Part shown: piece after piece, positions 49,831-60,871 of the stretch
Numbering within the stretch: position 1 is the first letter of the stretch
How the letters are laid out: the number at the start of each line of letters is the position of its first letter
Assembly: GCA_965223005.1 (NCBI GenBank)
Contig: CBDCVK010000003.1
Location: 72,465-136,464, forward strand
From: Terriglobia bacterium
Lineage (GTDB): Bacteria > Acidobacteriota > Terriglobia > JAJPHL01 > JAPKYU01
DNA length: 64,000 bases
Direction: 5' to 3'
The notes under the pieces: model-generated
The model's database searches: none
Seen by the model: the letters and a program-made list of their open reading frames with translations, nothing else
What the model was told of the DNA's origin: nothing
Made by a program: the position numbers and the translations under genes

Positions 49831-50556
49831 TTAGTGAGACACGTGCGGGGTGGTTGAGTAAGAAGGCTTCCGCTCGTACGGGATCGGGTCTTCCACTCCG
49901 GCCTGTTCGAAAGCTCTCAGGCGCAACGCGCAGCTATCGCACACACCGCAAGCTCTGTCGCTACCTTGGTAACAAGACCAGCTTAGATGAAGAGGCGCAC
50001 CTGTTTCAATCCCCTTCTTCACAATCTCGTGTTTGTGCAGGCGGACGAGTGGAGCGACGATTTCCAGCCGTGTTTCCGGCCGCGTGCCAAGCTCCGCCAC
50101 CTGCTGAAAGGCGCGGTAATACTCCGGGCGGCAGTCGGGATACCCAGAACTGTCGGCGGCGACTGCCCCGACATAGATGCGCGTTGCCTCGAGAACTTCG
50201 GCCCAGGAGACTGCCACCGCCAGGAAATGCGCGTTGCGGAAGGGAACATAGCTGGTGGGAATTTCAGCCGAGTCGAGATTGGCCGGGCTGACCGGGATGC
50301 CAGTCTCGGTCAGGCTGGAGCCGCCGATCCGCGCCAAGTAGCGCTGCTCGATGACTAGGCGGGGGACCTCCTCATGCTCCAATGAAGAATAAAAATCTGC
50401 CATCTGTTCAAACGTGAGACGTTCGCGGGCCTCAGTCCGTTGCCCGTAACTGCTGTGCAGCAGCGCCAGGCGGTAGCCCTCGGCCCGTGCGACGGCGGCC
50501 GTCACGCAGCTATCCATCCCGCCGCTGAGTAAGACGACCGCTTTCGGTCTGGCCAT
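49831..50556 (-). CDS. queC: 7-cyano-7-deazaguanine synthase
   Basis: SGGMDS, YGQR, YVPFRN, GYPDCR and SCY...CGVCDSC motifs. Confidence 0.96.
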   Translation of the reverse strand: MARPKAVVLLSGGMDSCVTAAVARAEGYRLALLHSSYGQRTEARERLTFEQMADFYSSLEHEEVPRLVIEQRYLARIGGSSLTETGIPVSPANLDSAEIPTSYVPFRNAHFLAVAVSWAEVLEATRIYVGAVAADSSGYPDCRPEYYRAFQQVAELGTRPETRLEIVAPLVRLHKHEIVKKGIETGAPLHLSWSCYQGSDRACGVCDSCALRLRAFEQAGVEDPIPYERKPSYSTTPHVSH

Positions 50557-50674
50557 GGTTTAAGCTCCTCCGCGAGACTTCCCCGCATCCGCTTTCCTGG
50601 CCATTGCTGGCCCGGCCGGCACTGCTATCCAGCGCGATGCTATGCCGCATGGTTCATTCAGCACGTCGCGCTCG

Positions 50675-51316
50675 TTAAACTCCCCGCATCGCCGGGTCCC
50701 AGATAAACTTGTGCAACTGGAGTCCGAGGCGAACGTCCAGGCCGTCGGCCAGGATCCATTCGGCGAGCTGGCGTGGCTCCAGTTGCCCGAAGACCGGCGA
50801 GAAGATCACGGCCCGCACCTTGCCGGGCAACGCGTGACGCTGGAGGAACTGGCAGGCGAACTCGTAATCAGGGCGGTCCGCCAGCACGAATTTCACTTCG
50901 TCACTTGGTGACAGTACTTGCAGATTCTCGAAGCAGAATTTTTCCGCCTCGCCCGAGCCGGGGCACTTGACGTCCATCACCTTGACGACCTCGGGCGGGA
51001 CCCGGCCCAGGAAGCGTTCCCCGCTGGTTTCCAGCAGCACCCGGTAGCCCTGCTCCAGCAGGCGCGCCATCAGGCGCAGCACTTCTCCCTCCTGAAGCAT
51101 GGGCTCGCCGCCGGTGATTTCCACCAGTCGCGCCGGATAGGTGCTCACCCGACGGAGCACCTCGTCCAGCTCCATGGGCTGGCCGTCGTAAAAAGCGTAC
51201 TCGGTGTCGCACCAGGAGCAGCGCAGGTTGCACGCGGTGAGCCGCACGAACACGCATGGCTTGCCGGCAAAGGTGGATTCTCCCTGGATGGAGAAGAAAA
51301 TCTCGGCAACCTGCAT
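50675..51316 (-). CDS. queE: 7-carboxy-7-deazaguanine synthase (radical SAM)
   Basis: EIFFSIQGE, CNLRCSWCDT, TGGEP and QLHK motifs; start at ATG 51316. Confidence 0.94.
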   Translation of the reverse strand: MQVAEIFFSIQGESTFAGKPCVFVRLTACNLRCSWCDTEYAFYDGQPMELDEVLRRVSTYPARLVEITGGEPMLQEGEVLRLMARLLEQGYRVLLETSGERFLGRVPPEVVKVMDVKCPGSGEAEKFCFENLQVLSPSDEVKFVLADRPDYEFACQFLQRHALPGKVRAVIFSPVFGQLEPRQLAEWILADGLDVRLGLQLHKFIWDPAMRGV

Positions 51317-51545
51317 CCCAAGCTGATTATAGCCCAGCGCCGCAGTTGCGGATAATGGGTCAGTTTCCGATAAACCGACTATTCGGGAGTTGGCAGCCGG
51401 ACCGGAAAGAACAGGAACGTTAGGCAACGTTTATCCGGTATTTCCGGCAACAGGTGGTATTCGTTAGCACCCAAGGAGGGGAAACAGTTCGGCGAAGCCC
51501 TGTGTCCTCGACTCACGTGACTGGCTTTGGCGTCCGGGATAGACT

Positions 51546-53099
51546 TCAACCTGCTTGCGTATTGGCACTCGAGGTCCAGACAGTCAGGTTCCGCAAACTC
51601 TTCCCGCCCTGTGGGCGTAAGAGGAAGCTTAGGGAGTATGCCAAGGCAAAGAGGAAAAGGTTCGACAAAACAATAATCCAAAACTTATTGGGCAAGACCT
51701 GCTTCAGTCCTGGGAGCAGGCTGGCACCAACTTCCGAGTCCGCAAACAGCCAAAGGCAGACTGCGGAGACGGTACAAAGGGTGGCGATGAGCGCTGCACG
51801 GCTATCGACGCGCACCGTGAGAAAGCCCAAAAGGAAGATGCTTAAAAGCCCTCCGCTCACGATCGAAAACACCAGGGTCTGAAGGTCCATGAGCGTTTGT
51901 GTTCTGGTGAAGTGAATGAACAAGGCCACCGAAATCATGATAACCGCAAAACCGACCGAAACCCACCGACCGAATTTGAGGTAGTGCTGCTCATCCTTGA
52001 TCGACTTTTTGAATCGACGGTAGAAATCATTGGTCATTGTTGCCGCTGATGCGTTGATACCGGAGTCTAAGGTGGACATGGCAGCTGCCAGGAGTCCAGA
52101 CAACACAAAGCCTGCAGCTCCAGCCGGTATTTGAGTTAGGACGAAGAATGGGAAAGCCTGTTCCGAGACAAGATTATCCAATGCGGGGGTAGGGAAGTGC
52201 TTGTAGTAAACGTAAAGAACCGTTCCGATAAAGGCAAAATAAAGCCAGACCGGGATGATCATCACGGTCGAGAGAATCAGACCATGCTTGGCGTCTCGGT
52301 CTGTCTTCATGGCAATGTAGCGTTGGACGGCGTTCTGGTCGGTGCAGAGAAACTGGAAGAAGACGAATTGGTACACCAGGATGAGCACCCAAACCGTTTG
52401 ATCATTCCAAACCATCGCCGTGCTGCCGACGGCGAATTTCCCGTCCGCAACGGCTTCGGAGAGTACTTGGCTTAATCCCCCTGGCACGAGTCGGATGGCT
52501 ACTGGGATACAGATCAAGCCACCCAGAATTAGGGCCGAACTTTGCAGCAGGTCTGTATAGATCACAGCCTCCAGTCCACCGGCGATGGTGTAGGAGGCGA
52601 CCAAAATGCCTAGGACTATAATGACCCAGTGCAGAGGAACCCCAGTCATGGGGCCAAAGGGAAGACTGACGGCATACAAAATGACTCCGGTGCGAAACAT
52701 TTGAAAGACCAGGAAGCCACCGGCCGCATAGAGCCTGGCCCAGGTGCCAAAACGCCGTTCAAGGTATTCATAGGCAGAGCGTACATGGCCCCGGCGAAAA
52801 TAAGGCACGAACAGGAAATAGGCAATGATGGCCGGGACGAAGTAGAAGAAGTGAGCGGGCATGTAGCGCCAGTCTTTTTCAAAGGTGAAGCCTGGAATCG
52901 CCAAAAAGGTCATCGAGCTGATAATGGTGGCCATCAGTGAGAATCCGACAATCCAACCGGGCATGCTGCGATTTGCGAAGAAGTAGGCATCGGCTGAATT
53001 CGTCCGTCGGGCCGAATAGACGCCGATGGCGACCATCACGCTTAGATTTATCGCGATGGCCAGAAGATCTGGCCATCTCAGCAAGTGTTCCGAGACCAT
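51546..53099 (-). CDS. Sodium:solute symporter (SiaT-like subgroup)
   Basis: SAYEYLERRF, GGLEAVIYTD, DQNAVQRY and AAAMSTLDS motifs. Confidence 0.9.
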   Translation of the reverse strand: MVSEHLLRWPDLLAIAINLSVMVAIGVYSARRTNSADAYFFANRSMPGWIVGFSLMATIISSMTFLAIPGFTFEKDWRYMPAHFFYFVPAIIAYFLFVPYFRRGHVRSAYEYLERRFGTWARLYAAGGFLVFQMFRTGVILYAVSLPFGPMTGVPLHWVIIVLGILVASYTIAGGLEAVIYTDLLQSSALILGGLICIPVAIRLVPGGLSQVLSEAVADGKFAVGSTAMVWNDQTVWVLILVYQFVFFQFLCTDQNAVQRYIAMKTDRDAKHGLILSTVMIIPVWLYFAFIGTVLYVYYKHFPTPALDNLVSEQAFPFFVLTQIPAGAAGFVLSGLLAAAMSTLDSGINASAATMTNDFYRRFKKSIKDEQHYLKFGRWVSVGFAVIMISVALFIHFTRTQTLMDLQTLVFSIVSGGLLSIFLLGFLTVRVDSRAALIATLCTVSAVCLWLFADSEVGASLLPGLKQVLPNKFWIIVLSNLFLFALAYSLSFLLRPQGGKSLRNLTVWTSSANTQAG

Positions 53100-53461
53100 G
53101 TCATCAAACCCAATGGCGAGCTCTTTGTTGAGCCCTCGAGAGTAGCACCGACTCTCTGGTTCTGAGTCCCTCAAGGAGATCTCAGCCTGCCAAAGGGCCT
53201 CTGGCCGGCCTGGTCAAGTCTCGACCAGGGGCAAGCTGCGGGGACTGGAGTGGCATTATAGGTTCCATCTGGCAATGAACCAGAAACATTATGATCAGTG
53301 GTTGCTCAGGGTAGAGAGCAAGAGCGTTTGTCCGTCCAGCGGTCGAGGCCCAACTCCCGAAAAACGCCCTTACTGTAGATTGACCACCCACGCAGTTGCG
53401 TTGGGTCTTGAAACCTTTCGACTTCAGCCCTAACATTTAACAGTTATTCGATCGTGTCGCG

Positions 53462-55276
53462 ATGAGAACAACTGCCACAGGAGCGGCGACAGCGCCCGCA
53501 GTAGCGGATGAGACACTGGACCAGGTACTTCGCGCCCGGGCCCAGGCGACACCTGACCGCGCTCACATCCATCTGCGGCAGGACGACGGCCGGCTGCGCA
53601 CGATCGGCTACGGCGAACTGCTGAGCGCCGCCTCGGATGTAGCCGGCGGACTGCTTGCCCAGGGACTGGAGCAGGCCCAGACCGTGGCCCTGATGCTGCC
53701 AACCAGCCCAGACTTCTTCTTCGCGTTTCTGGGAGTGACTTTGGCCGGAGGCATTCCGGTGCCGATCTACCCGCCGGTGCGGGCCGATCGGATCGAGGAG
53801 TACGTGCAGCGGCAAACGAAACTGTTGCGGAACGCGGAAGCCCGGGTGCTGATCACCGTCCGGGAAGCGCACAACCTGGCGCGTTTGCTCCAGCCAAGCA
53901 TTCCCAGCCTGCGCAGCGTTACCACGGTGGAGGCGCTGGCCGCGGCAACAGCCAAGCCGTCCCGGAACGCCTTGCAGCCCGCCGACATCGCTCTCATCCA
54001 GTACACCTCCGGCAGCACCGGAGAGCCAAAAGGTGTGGTGCTGACCCACGCCAACGTCATCAGCAATGTGCGGGCCATCGGCCAGGGCGTCGAGGTGCGT
54101 CCGGACGACGTCGGCGTCTGCTGGCTTCCGCTGTATCACGACATGGGGCTGATCGGCTGCTGGCTCTTTTGCCTTTATTACGGCCTGCCCGTCGCCGTCA
54201 CCTCGCCGATCGCTTTCTTGCGCCGGCCGCAACGCTGGCTGCAGATGATCCATGAGCACCGCGGCACGCTGTCGCCAGCGCCCAACTTCGCTTTTGAGAT
54301 GTGCGTGCGCAGGGTGGACGACCGGGCGCTGGACGGACTCGACCTCAGCTCGTGGCGCGTGGCCCTGAACGGCGCCGAGCCCATCAGCCCCGAGACCCTG
54401 GCGCGGTTCACGACCCGCTTTGCCCCGTACGGGTTCCGGCCGGAAACCATGATGCCGGTGTACGGGCTGGCTGAATGCGCCGTGGCTCTCAGTTTTTCGC
54501 CGCTGGGACGTCCGCCGCGTGTGGACGCCATCCAGCGAGAGCCGTTCGTCCGGCAGCAACGGGCCGTGCCCAGCGATGCCCGCGATCCGGCGCCGCTGCG
54601 TTTTGTCTCCGTAGGCCGGCCCTTGCCCGGCCACGAAGCCCGCATCGTGGACGCCGCCGGCCAACCCGTGCCGGAGAGGGTGGAGGGGCGACTGCAATTC
54701 CAGGGACCCTCGGCGATGCGCGGCTACTACCGCAACCCGGAAGCAACCCAGGCCATCCTGTGCGATGGCCTGGGTGATGGCTGGCTCGATTCAGGAGACC
54801 TGGCCTACCTAGCCGATGGCGAACTGCACATCACCGGGCGCATCAAGGACGTCATCATTAAGGCCGGCCACAACATCTACCCCCAGGAGCTGGAAGAAGT
54901 GGCCAGCGAAGTCAGGGGCGTGCGAAAAGGGTGTGTTGCTGCCTTTGCCGTCACCGACCCCGAACACGGCACCGAGCGGATTGTGCTGGTGGCCGAGACT
55001 CGCGAGACTCGTCCGGGTCCGCGGACCGAGGTGCGCGCCGAAATCATGCGCCAACTGGCCCGCTTGGGCCATCCGCCCGACAAACTGGTGTTGGTCCCGC
55101 CCCAGACCATTCCCAAGACCCCCAGCGGCAAGCTGCGCCGCGATGCCTGTCGCCGTCTTTATCTGGCTGGTGAACTCACTCGCGCCCGTCGGCCCGCTTG
55201 GTGGCAACTGTTGCGCCTGACCCTCAAGGCGTTCGTTGCCCGGCTGCGCAATTGGCGGAACAGTAGGAAAGCTTGA
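53462..55276 (+). CDS. Fatty acyl-AMP ligase (FAAL-like)
   Basis: QYTSGSTGEPKG, WLPLYHDMGLIG, YGLAE and PKTPSGK motifs. Confidence 0.9.
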   Translation: MRTTATGAATAPAVADETLDQVLRARAQATPDRAHIHLRQDDGRLRTIGYGELLSAASDVAGGLLAQGLEQAQTVALMLPTSPDFFFAFLGVTLAGGIPVPIYPPVRADRIEEYVQRQTKLLRNAEARVLITVREAHNLARLLQPSIPSLRSVTTVEALAAATAKPSRNALQPADIALIQYTSGSTGEPKGVVLTHANVISNVRAIGQGVEVRPDDVGVCWLPLYHDMGLIGCWLFCLYYGLPVAVTSPIAFLRRPQRWLQMIHEHRGTLSPAPNFAFEMCVRRVDDRALDGLDLSSWRVALNGAEPISPETLARFTTRFAPYGFRPETMMPVYGLAECAVALSFSPLGRPPRVDAIQREPFVRQQRAVPSDARDPAPLRFVSVGRPLPGHEARIVDAAGQPVPERVEGRLQFQGPSAMRGYYRNPEATQAILCDGLGDGWLDSGDLAYLADGELHITGRIKDVIIKAGHNIYPQELEEVASEVRGVRKGCVAAFAVTDPEHGTERIVLVAETRETRPGPRTEVRAEIMRQLARLGHPPDKLVLVPPQTIPKTPSGKLRRDACRRLYLAGELTRARRPAWWQLLRLTLKAFVARLRNWRNSRKA

Positions 55277-55295
55277 TCAGAGCTAGCCAGGCCGC

Positions 55296-56114
55296 TCAGG
55301 GGATGCTCTTGGCACAGCGAAAGCCGATTTCCGTATCGGTGTAATCGGGGCTGTGCCAGTAGCGGTAGGTGGCGCTCACGTAGCCGGCAGGACTGCGGAA
55401 CGAGCCGCCGCGCAGAACTTTATAGGGAGTCTTCTCGGGAGAGGTCGCCGGGCCGTGCGGGTTTTCCGCCGGGCCTTTCGCGTAGTAGTTGTACAGGTAC
55501 CAGTCCTCGACCCATTCCCAGACGTTACCGGCCATGTCATGGCAGCCGTGGGAGGAAGCGCCGAGCGGATAGCCGCTCACCGGAGTGGTGTGGCCCACGG
55601 TGTTGGCGTAGTTGAGGCGTTCAGGATCGGGCTCGGTGTCACCCCAGGGCCACCACTTCTTCAGTCTGTTGGGCTCGTCCCAGCTGGCTGCCTTTTCCCA
55701 CTCTGCTTCGGAAGCTAGGCGCAACCCTGCCCATTGACAGTAGGCCTGCGCGGCGTCCCAACTGACGCCGGCAACCGGCTGCTCGTCCTGGTTGAATTGC
55801 GGATCGTTCCAAAGCAGCGGGGCCTTGTATCCGGTCTGCTCGAGAAACTTGCGGTACTGCCGGTTGGTCACCGGGTACTTGGCAACGTAGAAGGCGTCCA
55901 GGTGAATCTCTCGCTGCGGGCGCTCGTCGGGGTCGCCCTGGCTCTCAAGGCTGCCCTGGAGGAAGCTGCCTGCCGGCACCAGGAGCAACTCCGAGCCGTC
56001 CATCTCATTGAGCAGCGTTACGGGTAAGGGACCCTCCGGTACTGCCCGAGGCGCCTGCTTCTCGGGTTCCCTCTCGCGTGACCACCGACCCGGCCGAGTT
56101 CCGCTCACTACCAA
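55296..56114 (-). CDS. Formylglycine-generating enzyme (SUMF1/FGE-sulfatase) domain protein
   Basis: YPVTN, RLASEAEWEKAA, DMAGNVWEW, RGGS and GFRC motifs. Confidence 0.88.
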   Translation of the reverse strand: MVVSGTRPGRWSREREPEKQAPRAVPEGPLPVTLLNEMDGSELLLVPAGSFLQGSLESQGDPDERPQREIHLDAFYVAKYPVTNRQYRKFLEQTGYKAPLLWNDPQFNQDEQPVAGVSWDAAQAYCQWAGLRLASEAEWEKAASWDEPNRLKKWWPWGDTEPDPERLNYANTVGHTTPVSGYPLGASSHGCHDMAGNVWEWVEDWYLYNYYAKGPAENPHGPATSPEKTPYKVLRGGSFRSPAGYVSATYRYWHSPDYTDTEIGFRCAKSIP

Positions 56115-56256
56115 CCTCCTTCGTGCCGTACAATTTGTAGGCCCCTATCTTACCAGGACTGGGGGTGGTAATGGAGACGGGGCGGAAACGGCGGCTGAAG
56201 TGGTGGCTAGGCGGATACGTTTCTGGCGGGTATCGGGTATGGACTGGTCCAGCAAA

Positions 56257-57286
56257 ATGAGAGCAAGAACCACCTGGCTGCTACCGGGAATCTTGTGTCT
56301 GGCCTCCTTTGCCGTGGCCCAAGACACGGCTTGGGAGAAGTACATGAAGGCCGGAACGGAAGCCTCCCGGAGCGGCCGGCACCCCGAGGCTGAGAAGTTA
56401 TTGCTGTTTGCCCTCAAGGAAGCGGAAAAGTTTGGAAAGCTGGACGGGCGGCTGGTCTACAGCCTCAACGACCTAGCAGAACTCTACCGTGCCCAGGGCA
56501 AGTACGCTGAGGCTGAGCCGCTCTACCGGCGGGCCCTGGCGATTTTGGAGAAGGGAACTCTACCGCGCCCAGGGCAAGTACGCTGAGGCCGATCCGCTCT
56601 ACCTGCGGGCCCTGGCAATTAACGAAAAGGTCCTCGGGCCAGAACACCCAGACGTTGCAAGGGACCTCAACAACCTGGCGTTGCTCTACCAAAGGCAAGG
56701 CAACTACGCCGAGGCCGAGCCCCTCTACCGCCGCTCGCTGGCGATTCGGGAGAAGACCCTGGGGCCGGAGCATCCGGATGTTGCCCACAGCCTGCACACC
56801 CTGGCGTTGCTCTGCAAAACGCAAGGGAACTACGCCGAGGCCGAGCCCCTCTACCGGCGGGCCCTGGCGATTCGGGAGAAGACCCTGGGGCCGGAGCATC
56901 CTCGAGTGGCCGTCAGCCTCATCAACCTGGCGGTGCTCTACCAAGCTCAGGGCAAGTACGCTGAGGCCGTGCCGCTCCTCCGGCGGTCGCTGGCGATCCG
57001 GGAGAAGACCCTGGGGCCGGAACACCCCCACGTGGCCGTCAGCCTCAACAACCTGGCGGCGCTCTACAAAACGCAAGGCAACTACGCCGAGGCCGAGCCC
57101 CTCTATCGGCGGGCCTTGGCGATCTACGAGAAGGCTCTGGGACCGGAGCATCCCAACGTGGCCACAGCCCTGGACAATTACGCCAATCTGCTGCGGAAGA
57201 CGAAGCGCAATGCCGAGGCTGCCAAACTGGCAGCCCGCGCTCAGGCCATCCGCGCCAAACACCCCGCGGAGAACCCGTTGAAGTGA
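56257..57286 (+). pseudogene. Secreted 42-aa-repeat TPR protein, frameshifted near 56554
   Basis: Signal peptide plus TPR in one frame; kinesin-light-chain-like LGPEHP repeats continue in another frame; the first repeat unit is 76 bp instead of 126 bp. Confidence 0.75.
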
Positions 57287-57481
57287 CCTACCGCCTTGCC
57301 ATCCGCAATGCCGGATAGGTCCACACTAGCGAGTTAGTTTATCAACCCGGTTTCAGTTGGCCCGGTTTCAGTTGGGCTAGTCGGCTTACCGGAAAGCCAC
57401 CCACTACCCCCTGAGCAGTGAGTTATGAGATCTCGGCCCCTGGGGGTAGAATGCTCGAATCTTCGGAAAAGGAGGTACCGT

Positions 57482-57790
57482 ATGCGGTTCTTGGTAAGGG
57501 CAACCATTCCTGTGGAGACCGGCAACGCGTTGGTGCGCGATCCCAACTTCGGCAGGGTGATGCAGGACATCCTGTCCGACCTGAAGCCTGAGGCCGTCTA
57601 CTACAGCGTGGAGCACGGCCAGAGGACGATCTACTTTGTATTGAACGTTGAGGAGACCCACCAAATATCTGCGATAGCCGAGCCGCTCTGGCTCTCTTTG
57701 AAGGCGAATATCGAGGCCATGCCGGCCATGAATCAGGACGAGTTCACAAGAGCTCTTCCGGGTATTTCGCGAGCCGTGGAGAGATACTAG
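57482..57790 (+). CDS. Small conserved hypothetical protein (DUF3303-like)
   Basis: AGGAGG SD; LKPEAVYY...GQRT and AIAEPLW...PAMN motifs. Confidence 0.7.
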   Translation: MRFLVRATIPVETGNALVRDPNFGRVMQDILSDLKPEAVYYSVEHGQRTIYFVLNVEETHQISAIAEPLWLSLKANIEAMPAMNQDEFTRALPGISRAVERY

Positions 57791-58042
57791 CTGGGCAAGA
57801 ACATTGCAGCGAATCGCAAGAACCAAGCGCCAATTTCTCCGCTCCACTCATGAGAGTTCTTCTCACCAGCGGCACAGGAAACATTGGCTCGCGCTTGGTC
57901 ATACCGCTCACTCAGCGCGGCAACCACGTGAGCTACAATGTCCCCGGCCGGTCAGAGCGGCGGCTCGCGGCATAGGGCAGTCTGAGGTCATGCATCGACC
58001 GGTCGAAGAACAAGAAAAGAGGCCGGGAAAGGAGAAGAGATC

Positions 58043-58549
58043 ATGCAGAAGCGCACTATTTTAGTCTTTTCGGGCCTGTTGATCGCGGTCCTCCCCTGCT
58101 TGGCAGGCTGGGAGGAGGGTGTCGCCGCGTTTACTTCGAAGAACTACCAGGCCGCCGTCGTTGAGTTCCGGAAGGTCATCCGGCAGAAGCCGAAGAACCC
58201 CCGCGGACACTATATGCTGGGGCTCTCGCTTGAGAAACTCAAGCGCAAAGAGGAGGCGCTTCACCATCTGCGCAAAGCCTACGACCTCAACCCGAACGAC
58301 CTGAGCATCAAGCTCGCCCTCGGGCGATCCTATGCAGACAACCGGCAATTCTCGAAAGCTGAGCGAACCCTCCGGGCGGCACTCAAGAGCCATACCAAGC
58401 GCAACGACCTGAAGAAGATCTGGAGGCAGCTCGGTTATACATACGAGAAGCAGAAGAAGTTCTCGAAATCGATCGAAGCCTACCAGCATGCCGGGGATGA
58501 GGGAAGCGTGGCGCGACTCAAGAGGACAAGCGCAAGGAAAAGGAGATGA
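58043..58549 (+). CDS. Secreted TPR protein
   Basis: AGGAG SD, signal peptide and TPR helices (HYMLG, LALGRSY, WRQLGYTY). Confidence 0.75.
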   Translation: MQKRTILVFSGLLIAVLPCLAGWEEGVAAFTSKNYQAAVVEFRKVIRQKPKNPRGHYMLGLSLEKLKRKEEALHHLRKAYDLNPNDLSIKLALGRSYADNRQFSKAERTLRAALKSHTKRNDLKKIWRQLGYTYEKQKKFSKSIEAYQHAGDEGSVARLKRTSARKRR

Positions 58550-58900
58550 GGGACGACCGAGCCACACTTTCCCCATCTATAGCTCAAGCAGGTCCGGAGC
58601 CACTGGTCATCCTGGACGCGGTGCTGCTTCCCTTCAGCTCGAGAGGGAAAGACGTAGAAGTTGGTGAAGCTCGCTGAGCCTGGTTCAAAGACGCAGCCCG
58701 CGGGCTTTACATTTTATGCCTCCACTGCTGCCCTGGAAGTCCAGTGTCCAGGCAGCTTCGCACGGCGCTGCCCAACAGCTCTCCGAAGCAATGGCCGATG
58801 CAGTGGCCGATGCAGTAGGGAGTTTGGAACCTGCATTCCGAACTCTGAATCCCTGTCCCTTGCGACAGAACATCCCACGCTATAATACAGAAACAAAGTT

Positions 58901-60745
58901 ATGCGGATTTTTCTGCGGCTGGTCAGCCGGCCTAAGCTGGGGGGGGCGCGACGCGATGCTCTGGTCTTGTATCCGGCCCCTCGGCTGCTGGTGGAGCGGT
59001 CGTCGCGGCTGGCCGAGTTACTGGGCAACCTGGCGGCAGCGCTGGCTCCGAGCCGGGTCACGCCGGCCATGCTTGAGGGGTTCAAGGTGCCACTGCGGCG
59101 CGGCTCGATGCGGCCGCGCTCGCTGGCTTCCTCATGGTTGTTCCATCTGGCGGCGCTGGTAGTGTTGGGAAATCTGTTGCCGCTGCTGGGGCAGCCCAGT
59201 GCGGAGGAATTGGCGGCTCTGCGGAAGCAAAAGATCACTTGGTATTATTACGACCACGAGCTGCCCGCCATCTCCCCGGAAGCGCCGGACGGCAGGGAAA
59301 AACCCTCCGAGCGCGGCGGGCAACCCCCCGCTGCCTCGCCGCTGGGCGTCACGGCCCGGACATCCCGGCAAGTCATCACTTCCAATCCCCCACGGCCTGA
59401 CAACGCGCGGCAAACGATCGTGCAGCCGGAGTCGCCCAACATTCGCATTTCCGAGGACGTGCCTCTGCCTAATGTCGTGATGTGGGCGAGCCAGCCACAA
59501 AAGCCCACGTTGCAATACTTACTGGCACCCAAGGTGCGCGCCCAGCAGGCACCGCGCCTGTTGCTGCCGACCGATATCGCGCCTCTGAGGCCGCCTGTGG
59601 ACCTGGCCAGGCGCGATTTGTCCAAGTTGAAACTGCCACAACTGGGTGTGGCCGCGATCAAACCCCCGGTTCCGGAAATGCCCAACCCGGTTCCGGAAGT
59701 GCCCAACATGGAGCGCCCGACTTCGGACCTGAAGATCGCCGCCAGTGAAGCCCTGGTGCAGAAGCCACAGCTGGCGGTGCCACCTGCAACGACCGCCCCG
59801 GTCACGCAGGCGAAGCCGGAAAGCGCCGCCAGTGAGCGCTCGGCGCCGCCCTCGCCTCCCCAGCTGGCCTCTGCTGGCAACAGCGGAGCACTGGAGCGGC
59901 TGATTGCTCTGGGCATTGACCCAGCGCCGCCTAGCGGTGAGATTTCCGTACCGCCGGGGAACCGGGCTGGCAGCTTCAGCATCGGTCCCTCGGGGAAGGT
60001 GCCGGGCACTCCCGCGGGCTCACCGGCCGGTCTGGAGGGCGGCGGGGCGGGCGGTCCAGCGCCCGCAGGCGAGGGCACTGGCCAGGGTCCGGCACGTCAG
60101 TTGGCCGACATTCGCGTACCTGGCATCTCCATCAGCGGGGGCATCCAGCCCCCATCCGCCAGTTTAGGGCCGATCGTGAGCGGTCCCCCACCATCTCCGC
60201 CACCCCCGCCCGCCCCGCCAACACCCGCACCAGCGAGACCCGCCAACCCCAATGTCATCGCTGCCTTGGTGGCCCGGGCCACGCGTCCTACGGTGGGTCT
60301 GCCGGAGTGGGGGACTGGGGATCGCCGCGCCGCGCAAGGTTTTCTCTACAGCAAGAGGGTTTACACGGTTTACATCAACATGCCCAACTTGAGCAGCCAG
60401 AGCGGAAGCTGGATCATGCGTTTCTCGGAACTCGGCGCTCCAGTGCCAAGGGTCAATGAACCGGAGCTGACTGCTCCAGTGGCCTTGCGCAAGGTAGACC
60501 CCGGCTACGACCCGGGTGCCGTCCGCGAGGGGGTGGAAGGCACCGTGGTGTTGTACGCCGTCATCCACCAGGACGGGAAGGTGGATTCGGTACGCGTGGT
60601 GCGGAGCTTGCATCCGCGCCTGGACGAAAACGCAGTCCAGGCGCTGCTTCGCTGGCAGTTCCGACCTGCCACGCGCGATGGGCATCCAGTGAAGCTGGAA
60701 GCCCTGGTCCAGATTCCTTTCACTTTGGGCCCTAAACCTTTCTGA
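58901..60745 (+). CDS. TonB family protein (long Pro-rich linker plus TonB_C)
   Basis: SWLFH TM segment and C-terminal VEGTVVLYAVI...LDENAVQALLRWQFRPA. Confidence 0.85.
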   Translation: MRIFLRLVSRPKLGGARRDALVLYPAPRLLVERSSRLAELLGNLAAALAPSRVTPAMLEGFKVPLRRGSMRPRSLASSWLFHLAALVVLGNLLPLLGQPSAEELAALRKQKITWYYYDHELPAISPEAPDGREKPSERGGQPPAASPLGVTARTSRQVITSNPPRPDNARQTIVQPESPNIRISEDVPLPNVVMWASQPQKPTLQYLLAPKVRAQQAPRLLLPTDIAPLRPPVDLARRDLSKLKLPQLGVAAIKPPVPEMPNPVPEVPNMERPTSDLKIAASEALVQKPQLAVPPATTAPVTQAKPESAASERSAPPSPPQLASAGNSGALERLIALGIDPAPPSGEISVPPGNRAGSFSIGPSGKVPGTPAGSPAGLEGGGAGGPAPAGEGTGQGPARQLADIRVPGISISGGIQPPSASLGPIVSGPPPSPPPPPAPPTPAPARPANPNVIAALVARATRPTVGLPEWGTGDRRAAQGFLYSKRVYTVYINMPNLSSQSGSWIMRFSELGAPVPRVNEPELTAPVALRKVDPGYDPGAVREGVEGTVVLYAVIHQDGKVDSVRVVRSLHPRLDENAVQALLRWQFRPATRDGHPVKLEALVQIPFTLGPKPF

Positions 60746-60871
60746 CTGATTTCTGGTCTGAACTGATTTCTGGCGCCCTCTTTTGTTTCCCGCCTCTTTT
60801 ATGCTTCTCGCCTCTTTTTTGTTCCCGAAAAGTGGCCGGCATCTTGTCTGTTTAACGGAAGCAGTGCCATA

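Noticed and set aside
51317-51545. preQ1 riboswitch upstream of queE-queC
   Set aside because: No recognisable preQ1 aptamer, and a TATAAT 9 nt before the start leaves no room for a leader
56479-57190. Regularly spaced DNA repeats suggesting CRISPR
   Set aside because: They are 126-bp coding repeats of TPR units
58546-58677. 43-codon ORF overlapping the TPR stop codon (MRDDRATLSP...)
   Set aside because: The SD-like AGGAG abuts the ATG with no spacer, and the product has no recognisable features
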